DNA from: a virus
Lineage: Duplodnaviria > Caudoviricetes
Direction: 5' to 3' (one strand)
Length of the DNA stretch: 32,896 nt
IMG/VR virus record: IMGVR_UViG_3300027764_000018
Span: 1-32,896 of that record
In this document: piece after piece, positions 1-7,624 of the stretch
Position numbering within the stretch: the stretch's first letter is position 1
How the letters are laid out: each line of letters begins with the position of its first letter
Program-made: the position numbers and the translations under genes
The notes under the pieces: generated by a model
Database searches by the model: none
What the model saw: only the letters and a program-made list of their open reading frames with translations
Told to the model about the DNA's origin: nothing

Positions 1-122
1 GCCGACAAGGTGATGGCGGTCTTGCCAGCCCCCACAGGCGCAAGGATCATGGCGCGGTCGCGCTCGTACAGAAACGTCGCCGCCGCCTGCTGGTACGGTC
101 TTAGCTGAAGCGTTTGAGCCAT
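1..122 (-). CDS. SF2/SNF2-like DNA helicase, N-terminal part (truncated by window edge)
   Basis: Manual translation from ATG at 122: MAQTLQLRPYQQAAATFLYERDRAMILAPVGAGKTAITLS. Contains the Q-motif LRPYQ and Walker A GAGKT. Overlaps the end of the VRR-NUC gene, a common phage pairing. Confidence 0.88.
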   Translation of the reverse strand, partial: MAQTLQLRPYQQAAATFLYERDRAMILAPVGAGKTAITLS

Positions 123-376
123 GCGTCCACATCCTCTACTGACCACAGGCAGGCGTAGTGCTGCTTGGTGTGCGTCATCTCATCGGCAAAGATACGCTGC
201 AACGCAGACAGACGCCCGCCAGCTTTCTTTAGTTCAATGAACCAAGCCTCACCGTTGGGCATACAAGCGATGCGGTCGGCAACGCCAACTTGCGTGACGC
301 TGCGGAACTTGTAGGCAAAACCGCCCAGCGCCCGCACGCGTTTGCAGAAATACCGCTCTATCTCTTTTTCAGTCAT
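101..376 (-). CDS. VRR-NUC domain nuclease (PD-(D/E)xK; probable junction resolvase)
   Basis: 91 aa with EKEIE...GVADRI...FIELKK...GRLSALQ, the VRR-NUC pattern. Adjacent to the SF2 helicase. Confidence 0.9.
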   Translation of the reverse strand: MTEKEIERYFCKRVRALGGFAYKFRSVTQVGVADRIACMPNGEAWFIELKKAGGRLSALQRIFADEMTHTKQHYACLWSVEDVDAWLKRFS

Positions 377-382
377 GCAAGA

Positions 383-411
383 AGGCTACTACAAAATTTT
401 TTGCATTTCAA
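383..411 (-). promoter_or_regulatory. sigma70-type promoter, probably leaderless, for VRR-NUC/helicase
   Basis: Minus strand reads TTGAAA-17 nt-TAGCCT-6 nt-ATG(376). No SD upstream of the ATG. Confidence 0.55.
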
Positions 412-414
412 GCA

Positions 415-442
415 TTGCATCAAATTTTGTTGTGTGTATACT
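415..442 (+). promoter_or_regulatory. sigma70-type promoter for the rightward replication operon
   Basis: TTGCAT(415-420)-16 nt-TATACT(437-442), back-to-back with the leftward promoter. Confidence 0.55.
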
Positions 443-472
443 GGCCGCTCAAACAATAGAGTGAGGTACAAT

Positions 473-1594
473 ATGCAACATAGTAAGATAGTCGGCGGTT
501 CGACCGCCAAACGCGTCATAGCCTGCCCCGGCAGCGTGGCGCTGGTAGACACCGTACCACCAAAGCCCAGCAGCAGCTACGCCGACGAAGGCACGCTCCT
601 GCATGATACTATAGCAACCATATTAGAGCGCGACCTTGACCCGTACAGCATGGTCGGCACGACCTATGAGAAGACCGTGCTGACTGAAGCGTTGGTCGAT
701 GACAAGCTGATACCGGCGCTGCGTGCGCTGGACGAGATAGACCCCAAGGGGGAGATGGAATATGCGGTTGAAAGCAGGGTTGGTTTTGGTGATTTTCTGC
801 CTGACGTTTTTGGTTCTACCGATCTTCTTGGCCGCCTTGGTGATCGAGCGATTGTTCTGGATTGGAAGTTTGGTGATGGCGTGGCTGTCGAAGTCGAGGA
901 AAACAGCCAGCTACTCTTCTACGCTGCGGCGGCTAAACGCACGGCGGATACGGCTTGGGCTTTTAAAGGCGCAAAAGAAGTCGAACTAATCATTGTCCAG
1001 CCACCTTACGTCAAGCGTTGGGTGACAGACCTTGCCCGCGTTGACGCGTTTGAGAAAGAACTTGCCGCAGCCGTCAAGATTGCTTCGCGGCCAGACGCGC
1101 CGTTGGCGTCGGGCGACCATTGCAAGTGGTGTGCGGCAAAGCCTGTCTGTCCTATCATGACGGGTGCTGTAGACCGCGCTCTGAAAGTCAAGCTGGACGC
1201 GCTGCCGATTGACCAGATCGCACACTATCTGGAGCAGGCTCCGCTTATTGAAGGGTTTATCAAGGACTTGCAGCAGATGGCGCACGGACTTCTGGAAGAG
1301 GGACGCAAAGTCCCCGGCTGGAAGCTGGTCAACAAGCGCGCCACAAGACAGTGGACAAATGAAGATAAGGCTGTAGCCTTCCTGACGGGCGTTGGTGTAG
1401 AAGCATGGGGTGACCCCAAGCCGCTGTCGCCAGCCCAAGCGGAAAAGGCTTTGAAGAAAGCCAAGATAGAATTGCCGGCGGACTTAGTTGTCGCCGTCTC
1501 AACAGGCTCTACCCTTGCGCCGGAGAGTGATCCTCGGCCAGCGGTTTTGCAAATCGGACAGACGCTTACCAAAGCTATGTCTAAAATCCAGTAA
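473..1594 (+). CDS. Cas4-like / DUF2800-type PD-(D/E)xK exonuclease
   Basis: Start reassigned to ATG 473 (GAGG RBS at 463-466). Motifs: HS..GGSTAKR..ACPGS, EGTLLH, FGSTD, VLDWKFG, QLLFYA and the C-terminal cluster GDHCKWCAAKPVCP (4 Cys in total, Fe-S-like). Confidence 0.85.
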   Translation: MQHSKIVGGSTAKRVIACPGSVALVDTVPPKPSSSYADEGTLLHDTIATILERDLDPYSMVGTTYEKTVLTEALVDDKLIPALRALDEIDPKGEMEYAVESRVGFGDFLPDVFGSTDLLGRLGDRAIVLDWKFGDGVAVEVEENSQLLFYAAAAKRTADTAWAFKGAKEVELIIVQPPYVKRWVTDLARVDAFEKELAAAVKIASRPDAPLASGDHCKWCAAKPVCPIMTGAVDRALKVKLDALPIDQIAHYLEQAPLIEGFIKDLQQMAHGLLEEGRKVPGWKLVNKRATRQWTNEDKAVAFLTGVGVEAWGDPKPLSPAQAEKALKKAKIELPADLVVAVSTGSTLAPESDPRPAVLQIGQTLTKAMSKIQ

Positions 1595-1605
1595 CAGAAA
1601 AGGTA
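1587..1605 (+). repeat. 19-bp direct repeat, copy 1 (TCCAGTAACAGAAAAGGTA)
   Basis: Exact match to 1882-1900. Contains the upstream gene's stop codon and the next RBS. Confidence 0.95.
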
Positions 1606-1610
1606 AAGTA

Positions 1611-1889
1611 ATGAAATTTGATCCAGAACCAGACAATGCAACTTACGACCGCTTAGGAAAGTTGGTTGACGATTTAGATAGCGTAATCTTGAGCCATATA
1701 CGCAAGCACGGCGACAAAGAAGGCGCAAGCGACGCATTTAACGCCGTGTGTGCCGTGTTGGCAGGTGTGGTGCAAGGGGTAGCTGATTTTGACCGCGACG
1801 TGTTTAACAAACTGCCCGGCGCAATAAACTACCACATATACTGCCAAGCAAGCCAATCGGGTGAGCGCGGCGAATATACAGTCCAGTAA
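1611..1889 (+). CDS. hypothetical protein (92 aa) flanked by direct repeats
   Basis: ATG 1611 after an AAAAGG RBS; MKFDPEPDNATYDRL...EYTVQ; fills the gap in the operon. Confidence 0.75.
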   Translation: MKFDPEPDNATYDRLGKLVDDLDSVILSHIRKHGDKEGASDAFNAVCAVLAGVVQGVADFDRDVFNKLPGAINYHIYCQASQSGERGEYTVQ

Positions 1890-1900
1890 CAGAAAAGGTA
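1882..1900 (+). repeat. 19-bp direct repeat, copy 2
   Basis: Exact match to 1587-1605. Confidence 0.95.
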
Positions 1901-1907
1901 CAATACA

Positions 1908-2570
1908 ATGTCGAATATCACTACTTTTGGCGGCGCTAACTTGCCGTCCGTTCAGTCCCTCTCCGGCGCGCTGCGCTCCATCCAATCGGAAGTCGCCCTC
2001 GGCGGCACAGTAATTCTGAAGATGGACAAGACAGGCCATTGGGTTTTCGGTGCAGGCCAGACCGAAGTTGAGGATGGCAGCCTGTGGGCCGCTAACCCGT
2101 TCTCGTTCGTGCATGGCTACATCGCATGGGGCAACGGCGAAGTGCTGGCTGAAAAGCTGGTTCCTGTGTCAGAGCCGCTACCAGAGTTGGACCCTGCACC
2201 GTCAGGCGCAACCCGCGGCTGGGAAATGCAGGTCGGCATGATGCTGGTCTGCACTAACGGCGAAGACAAGGATATGCAGGCGCGCTTCACAGCTACATCA
2301 GTCGGCGGCAAGCGCGCAGTGCAGGCTTTGGCGGTTGCCATCGCCGATCAGGTCGAGAAAGACCAGACTAAGCCTGTGCCATTGCTTTTGCTGAAGTCGG
2401 AGCATTACCAGCACAAGACCTACGGTCGTATCTTTACGCCAATTTTTGATATTACTGACTGGGTGTCAATGGACACCGATTCGGTTAATCCATCAGATGA
2501 CGCAGAGTTGGAAGTCGCTGCTGAACCTGAAGCCGCTGAAGGTGCGCGTCGTCGTCGTCGCGTAGTTTAA
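1908..2570 (+). CDS. putative single-stranded DNA-binding protein
   Basis: Lies between the DUF2800-like nuclease and Pol A, the usual SSB position. Beta-rich aromatic core (GHWVFG, HGYIAW, YQHKTYGRIFTP) and an acidic C-terminal tail. Confidence 0.6.
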   Translation: MSNITTFGGANLPSVQSLSGALRSIQSEVALGGTVILKMDKTGHWVFGAGQTEVEDGSLWAANPFSFVHGYIAWGNGEVLAEKLVPVSEPLPELDPAPSGATRGWEMQVGMMLVCTNGEDKDMQARFTATSVGGKRAVQALAVAIADQVEKDQTKPVPLLLLKSEHYQHKTYGRIFTPIFDITDWVSMDTDSVNPSDDAELEVAAEPEAAEGARRRRRVV

Positions 2571-2634
2571 GTGGTGCGAAAGCCGGGGCGACATCCACCC
2601 CGCCCCGGCGAGTAGCGGAAGAGTGAGAACTTCT

Positions 2635-4590
2635 ATGTCTAAATTATGGATTGACTTTGAAACGCGCAGCCGGTGCGACTTACGTAGCCGCGGCGTTTAC
2701 AATTACGCGCAGGACGCCAGCACCGACGTGTTGTGTATGTCCTACGCATTTGATGACGAAGACGTGCGGACGTGGCTCCCCGGTGAGCCTTTCCCGCAAG
2801 CCGTCAAAGACCACAAGGGGCTGGTGTACGCGCACAACGCAGCGTTCGAGCGCCTGATATTCTGGTATGTCCTTCAGGTGGATTTCAAGCTGGAGCAGTT
2901 CTACTGCACCGCAGCGCAAGCCCGCGCCAACTGCGCGCCGGGTAGCCTAGAGGATGTCGGGCGCTTTGCTGGCGCGACCATGAAGAAAGACCATCGCGGC
3001 AGTCAACTGATCCGCCTTCTGTCCATCCCGCAAGCTGACGGCACGTTTCGTGAGGATGCAGGCTTGATGCAGGAAATGGTTGACTATTGCGAACAGGACG
3101 TGCGGGCCATGCGCGCCATCGCGCAGGCGCAGCGTCCGCTGTCGGCTGATGAGTTGGCCGACTATCACGTCAACGAGCGCATCAACGACCGCGGCGTGCT
3201 GCTGGACCGGCCATTGGCGCAGGCAGCGGTGCGCTACGCTGAGACTGAATTGACTGAGATACAGTCCATTGTCGCAGAGGTGACGCACGGCGAGATTAAG
3301 TCCGTCCGCAGCCCGAAGATGAAGGATTGGGTGTTAGCTAGGGTAGGGCCGCAGGCTGTAGCCGTGGCGACCGTGATGAAGGACGGCGTCGAGAAGCTGT
3401 CCATTGACAAGAACGTGCGCGCCAACTTACTTGTGTTGGCAGAGGAGAACCCAGATGAAGTCCCAGCGGAAGTTGCAGAAGTCATCCAGTGCGCGGACGA
3501 TCTGTGGGCATCGTCCGTTGCGAAGTTCCAACGCGCAGCGGCGCTCGCTGATGAGGAAGATTTTCGCGTTAGAGGAGCGTTCGTATTTGCAGGAGGTAGC
3601 GCTACTGGCCGCGCTTCATCATATGGGCTTCAGGTCCATAACTTCCCAAGAAAGTGCGCCGCAGACCCTGCATTAGTGCGGCAGGCTATGGTGCGGGGTC
3701 ACCAGATTGTCCCTGAGTATGGCCGCCGCGTAACCGACGTGCTGAAAGGTATGCTGCGCCCTGCGCTGATGGCCGACAAAGGCAAGCGGCTCATCGTCGC
3801 TGATTGGGCCGCCATCGAAGCGCGGGTGACGCCGTGGGCGTCCAACAGCGTCTTTGGTGCGAACAAGCTGGACATCTTTGCCAAGGGTGAGGATGTCTAC
3901 AAGCACAACGCTATGGCGACCTTCCATGTCGGCTATACCGATGTCAACAACGACCAGCGCCAAATTGGTAAGGTTCAAGAGTTGGCCTGTGGCTTTGCCG
4001 GCGGTGTCGGTGCGTTTGCCAGCATGGGGCGCATCTACGGCCTGATGATGTCAGAGAGCGACGCGAAGCGCATGGTGGACGCATGGCGCAGGGCTAACAA
4101 GTGGGCCGTGCCTTACTGGGCTGGCATTGAAGAAACCTATCTGCGCGCCATGCGGAACAAGGGCCGCGAGTTTAGCGTTGGCCGCATTACATATTTATTT
4201 GACGGACTGCATCTTTGGTATGCCCTTCCGTCTGGCCGTGTGTTATGTTATCCTTTCGCCCGTTTCGACGAGGAAGGCAATCTGACCTACGCGAAGGCTT
4301 CTTGGAAGCCAGCCGCCGACGCGAAAGAATGGCCGAGGGCGCGGCTATGGCGCGGTCTGGCGTGTGAAAACATCACGCAGGCTGTCGCCAACGACTTGCT
4401 GCGTCACGCCTTGCGTCGGTTGGACAACGTAGTGCTGCACATCCACGATGAAATCGTCTTGGAAGTGCCAGAAGATGAAGCCGAAACCGCAGCAGAGCGG
4501 CTGGTGCAGATTATGTGTGAGCCGCCAGCTTGGGCCGAAGGGTTACCCCTAAACGCTGAAGTGGCAATTATGGAACGTTATGGCAAATAA
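2635..4590 (+). CDS. polA: family A DNA polymerase with 3'-5' exonuclease domain
   Basis: ExoI IDFET, ExoII AHNAAFER, ExoIII YCEQDV; TGR motif; motif A ADWAAIEAR; motif B RQIGKVQELACGF; motif C HIHDEIV. Start set to ATG 2635. Confidence 0.96.
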   Translation: MSKLWIDFETRSRCDLRSRGVYNYAQDASTDVLCMSYAFDDEDVRTWLPGEPFPQAVKDHKGLVYAHNAAFERLIFWYVLQVDFKLEQFYCTAAQARANCAPGSLEDVGRFAGATMKKDHRGSQLIRLLSIPQADGTFREDAGLMQEMVDYCEQDVRAMRAIAQAQRPLSADELADYHVNERINDRGVLLDRPLAQAAVRYAETELTEIQSIVAEVTHGEIKSVRSPKMKDWVLARVGPQAVAVATVMKDGVEKLSIDKNVRANLLVLAEENPDEVPAEVAEVIQCADDLWASSVAKFQRAAALADEEDFRVRGAFVFAGGSATGRASSYGLQVHNFPRKCAADPALVRQAMVRGHQIVPEYGRRVTDVLKGMLRPALMADKGKRLIVADWAAIEARVTPWASNSVFGANKLDIFAKGEDVYKHNAMATFHVGYTDVNNDQRQIGKVQELACGFAGGVGAFASMGRIYGLMMSESDAKRMVDAWRRANKWAVPYWAGIEETYLRAMRNKGREFSVGRITYLFDGLHLWYALPSGRVLCYPFARFDEEGNLTYAKASWKPAADAKEWPRARLWRGLACENITQAVANDLLRHALRRLDNVVLHIHDEIVLEVPEDEAETAAERLVQIMCEPPAWAEGLPLNAEVAIMERYGK

Positions 4591-4600
4591 GGAGCAAGCG

Positions 4601-6946
4601 ATGAGTGAGGATCGCATCAAGTTTATCGAATACGTCACTGGTCTAGCCACAGAGAACGGCGAGACGGCGCTATTGCTACGTCAGAAGCCTAAGTATGACC
4701 CTGATGGTAACATCATCTACCATGCTGACGGCGTGCCATCGGCTACCTTCCCTGCGTTCATGCCTGACAAGGCGCGCATAAAGGAAGGCGAGTCTTGGTA
4801 TGTCAACACAGGCGCGTTCATCGTTGACCGCTTTGTTGACGGCAAGCCAGCAGCCAAGAGCAGCAACGTCGAATACGTTCTGTTCATGATGCTGGACGAC
4901 GTTGGCACGAAGTCTAAGACGCCGCCGCTTGAGCCGACATGGGTGCTGGAAACCAGCGAAGGTTCGTTCCAGTGGGGCTACGCGTTCAGCGAACAGCCAC
5001 GCAAGGGCGACTTCTGCGCTGCCATCAAAGCCATCGCGGATGCAGGCTACACCGATCCGGGCGCGACTAACGCTGTCCGCAACTGTCGTATCCCCGGCAG
5101 CATCAACATGAAGCGTGGCCGCGGCAACTTCCCTGCACGGCTGGTCGAGTTTCACCCAGAGCGTGAATACACACTGGATGAGATATGCAATGCGCTAGGC
5201 GTCACGCCGGAAGAAGGCGACACAGCCGACTATAAGGCGGTGCTGCTGCGCGACACAGGACAGGACAACGTCCTTGCATGGCTTAACGAAAACAGCCTTG
5301 TTCTTAGCGCGCCTAACGCTGACGGCTGGTGCGCTATCGTGTGCCCTAACCACGCGGAACACAGCGACGGCATGATTGAGGCGCGCTACAAGCCGCTGGA
5401 TCGTTCGTTCTGCTGCTACCACGGCCATTGCCAAGTCTTAGATAGCCGCACGTTTCTTGATTGGGTAGCCAATGAAGGTGGCCCGAAGGTGACGCCTGGA
5501 TTGCGTGACGAACTAATCGCTGAACGCATGGCGTCGATGATGGACAAAATATTGCCTACCGAAGCGTTTCCCGATGAGGCCGCAGCGCGTGTGCGTGAGG
5601 TCGAAAAGAAAGAAGCAGGACGGCTGGAACAAAACGAATGGTTCGAGCGTTTCGCTTATATCCAGTCCGATGACTGCTACTTTGACATGGTCACACGTCA
5701 AGAGATAGCCCGCAACGTCTTTAACGCGTTGTTCCGTCACGTTGACTGCCGTTCTATCCACAAGAAAACGCAGCGCGTGCAGTCATCCATCTATTTCGAC
5801 GAGCGCCGTCAGGATCGCGGCGCACCTGCGCTGTCGGCTGTGACGTTCGCCGCTGGCGATGACGTGCTGGTGACGCGTGACGGGCTGGTCTACGGCAACC
5901 GCTGGACAAACGCGCGCCCTGACGTGTCGGGCAGCGACGCAATTGCCGACCATGACGTTGAGCCTTGGCTAGAGCATTGCCGCAATCTGGTCGCGGATGA
6001 CGCCGAATTAGACCACATCCTTAACGCTATGGCGTTCAAGATACAGAACCCACACATTAAGATTAACCATGCCATCCTGATCGGCGGCGATGAAGGCGCA
6101 GGCAAGGATAGTATGTTCCAGCCGTTCCTGTGGGCGCTGGGTGGTAAGCACTGGCGCAATCGGTCAGTCATTGAGGCCGGCGGCTTGGACAGCCAGTGGG
6201 GCTACGCGCTTGAGGCTGAAGTTGTCATCCTGAACGAATTGAAGGAGCCAGAGGCACGCGAACGTCGCGCTATGGCTAACAAGCTGAAGCCGCTCATCGC
6301 TGCGCCACCTGAAACGCTGTCGGTCAACCGCAAGGGGATGCACCCTTATGAGTTGGTCAACCGCCTGATGGTTGTTGCTTACACTAACGATCCGCTGCCT
6401 ATCACGCTACCTACGCAAGACCGCCGCTGGTTCTGCGTATGGACGCGCGCGCCGCGTATGACAGCACCAGCAGCTAAGGCGCTGTGGGGCTGGTATGAGA
6501 ATGGCGGCTATGAGAAGTGCGCCGCTTGGCTGCACCAGCGCGACGTGTCGGCGTTCAACCCTGCCGCTGCACCACCAGTGACCGAATGGAAGCTGAACAT
6601 GGTCGAACATGGCATGAGCGTAGCAGAAAGCTATTTGGTAGACTTGATGCGCGCGAAGTCGGGCGTGTTTGCCGATGGTGTCATTGGTGGGCCGTTCCAT
6701 CGTATCTGCGATGCGTTGGCGATCAACGTCCCTGCTGGCGTGAAGATACCGCAGGCGGCGCTGCTTCATGCGTTGAAGGAAGCTGGTTGGGTTGACATGG
6801 GGCGCATAGGTTCAACTGAACTGCCAACCAAAAAGCACATCTTTGTCGCGCCTGATATTGTTAAGATGCACAGCAAGTCTGACTTGCGCCGCATGGCGGA
6901 CGAACTGCCTAAGCCAAACACAATGTCAAATTTAGGTAAGAATTGA
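4601..6946 (+). CDS. RepB-like primase fused to a Zn finger and SF3 (DUF5906/NrS-1-like) helicase
   Basis: MLDDV, LETSEGSFQWGY and RIPGSINMK (RepB'-type AEP); CPNHAEH...CYHGHC; Walker A GDEGAGKD, Walker B ILNEL, sensor YTN and DRRW. Start ATG 4601 after TAAGGAG. Confidence 0.88.
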   Translation: MSEDRIKFIEYVTGLATENGETALLLRQKPKYDPDGNIIYHADGVPSATFPAFMPDKARIKEGESWYVNTGAFIVDRFVDGKPAAKSSNVEYVLFMMLDDVGTKSKTPPLEPTWVLETSEGSFQWGYAFSEQPRKGDFCAAIKAIADAGYTDPGATNAVRNCRIPGSINMKRGRGNFPARLVEFHPEREYTLDEICNALGVTPEEGDTADYKAVLLRDTGQDNVLAWLNENSLVLSAPNADGWCAIVCPNHAEHSDGMIEARYKPLDRSFCCYHGHCQVLDSRTFLDWVANEGGPKVTPGLRDELIAERMASMMDKILPTEAFPDEAAARVREVEKKEAGRLEQNEWFERFAYIQSDDCYFDMVTRQEIARNVFNALFRHVDCRSIHKKTQRVQSSIYFDERRQDRGAPALSAVTFAAGDDVLVTRDGLVYGNRWTNARPDVSGSDAIADHDVEPWLEHCRNLVADDAELDHILNAMAFKIQNPHIKINHAILIGGDEGAGKDSMFQPFLWALGGKHWRNRSVIEAGGLDSQWGYALEAEVVILNELKEPEARERRAMANKLKPLIAAPPETLSVNRKGMHPYELVNRLMVVAYTNDPLPITLPTQDRRWFCVWTRAPRMTAPAAKALWGWYENGGYEKCAAWLHQRDVSAFNPAAAPPVTEWKLNMVEHGMSVAESYLVDLMRAKSGVFADGVIGGPFHRICDALAINVPAGVKIPQAALLHALKEAGWVDMGRIGSTELPTKKHIFVAPDIVKMHSKSDLRRMADELPKPNTMSNLGKN

Positions 6947-6972
6947 CAACTGATATCAGGTGATGATATACT
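6943..6972 (+). promoter_or_regulatory. strong sigma70 promoter with extended -10
   Basis: TTGACA(6943-6948)-18 nt-TATACT(6967-6972), with TG at 6964-6965 (TGnTATACT). No ORF follows before the terminator. Confidence 0.75.
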
Positions 6973-6976
6973 TTTC

Positions 6977-7062
6977 GGGTCGGTGACATTCTGCTAGCCC
7001 CTCTGGCAATGCTCTGCTGACCCTCTAAGCCCCCTGCGTCCTCACTCCGCAGGGGGCTTTTT
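6977..7062 (+). ncRNA. candidate two-hairpin small regulatory RNA (~86 nt)
   Basis: Bounded by a promoter and an intrinsic terminator. Hairpin 1: GGGTCGG(6977-83)/CTGACCC(7017-23) with inner TGCTAG/CTGGCA and loop CCCCT. Hairpin 2: 12-bp stem with loop TCCTCACTC. Confidence 0.65.
7027..7062 (+). terminator. rho-independent terminator at the convergence of the replication and early operons
   Basis: Perfect 12-bp stem AAGCCCCCTGCG/CGCAGGGGGCTT ending in a T5 run. Confidence 0.85.
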
Positions 7063-7070
7063 AATATCTG

Positions 7071-7271
7071 CTACCGCAGTCGGGTAACTATCAGCGTGTC
7101 GCCTTTGGATCGCGTCATGTAGTGCCTGTCCGTCCGCTCGTTTTGGTTGTGTGCTGAACGGCGCAGGATGTTTTTGTCCCGCTCCGTTGGCGTATCGAAC
7201 ACGCGAACTTCACCGACAGCCATTGCGTTGATGCCGTGCTTAGATTTGCGTGTGTCAGAACCGAATGTCAT
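7071..7271 (-). CDS. small basic protein, putative DNA-binding (DUF7303-like), paralog A
   Basis: Likely start MTFGS at 7271. Contains the M.VGE motif and C-terminal TRLR; similar to 7624-7809. Confidence 0.65.
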   Translation of the reverse strand: MTFGSDTRKSKHGINAMAVGEVRVFDTPTERDKNILRRSAHNQNERTDRHYMTRSKGDTLIVTRLR

Positions 7272-7449
7272 CAATATTCCAATCGTCAGGATAGGGGACT
7301 GTCTTGGCGGTGGTTTTGTAAAGCCGCCCATTTTCGTCATAGTGTTCTGTCACTGTCGAGCCGTCATCGTTCAAGACAACGGCATGGTTAGGGTATATTT
7401 TCCACGGCTTACCCGTCTGGGCGTCCATGCGGTAATTTATCTTAGCCAT
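7255..7449 (-). CDS. hypothetical protein (64 aa)
   Basis: Tightly packed with both neighbours in the leftward operon. Confidence 0.7.
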   Translation of the reverse strand: MAKINYRMDAQTGKPWKIYPNHAVVLNDDGSTVTEHYDENGRLYKTTAKTVPYPDDWNIDDIRF

Positions 7450-7624
7450 TTTTTTCTTCGATCCAAAAGTGATGCATCATGTAATGCGTAGCGGTTTCAT
7501 CTGTCACCCTTTCGCCTATCCCGCCGCTTGCGGTGGTCAGGTGATTGGTGAAGGTGTTTGGGTCTTTAGCTGAACGCACTACTGGAATGCGTGTCAGTTT
7601 CATGTAGCCGTTTTGGTCTGTCAT
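7442..7624 (-). CDS. hypothetical protein (60 aa)
   Basis: TAATG coupling to the upstream gene; 8-nt overlap with the downstream gene. Confidence 0.7.
   Translation of the reverse strand: MTDQNGYMKLTRIPVVRSAKDPNTFTNHLTTASGGIGERVTDETATHYMMHHFWIEEKNG

Noticed and set aside
290-472. N-terminal extension of the 434-aa ORF
   Set aside because: It overlaps the opposite-strand VRR-NUC gene and the promoters; the RBS and family motif start at ATG 473.
473-1594. Cas4-like gene as a sign of a CRISPR-Cas system
   Set aside because: No array or other cas genes; this nuclease is a routine part of phage Pol A replication modules.
2635-6946. Introns or inteins in the polymerase or primase
   Set aside because: Both ORFs are continuous, of normal size, and lack splicing or homing endonuclease motifs.
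6977-7062. tRNA gene
   Set aside because: No cloverleaf, T-loop GTTC motif or CCA end; the sequence folds as two hairpins.
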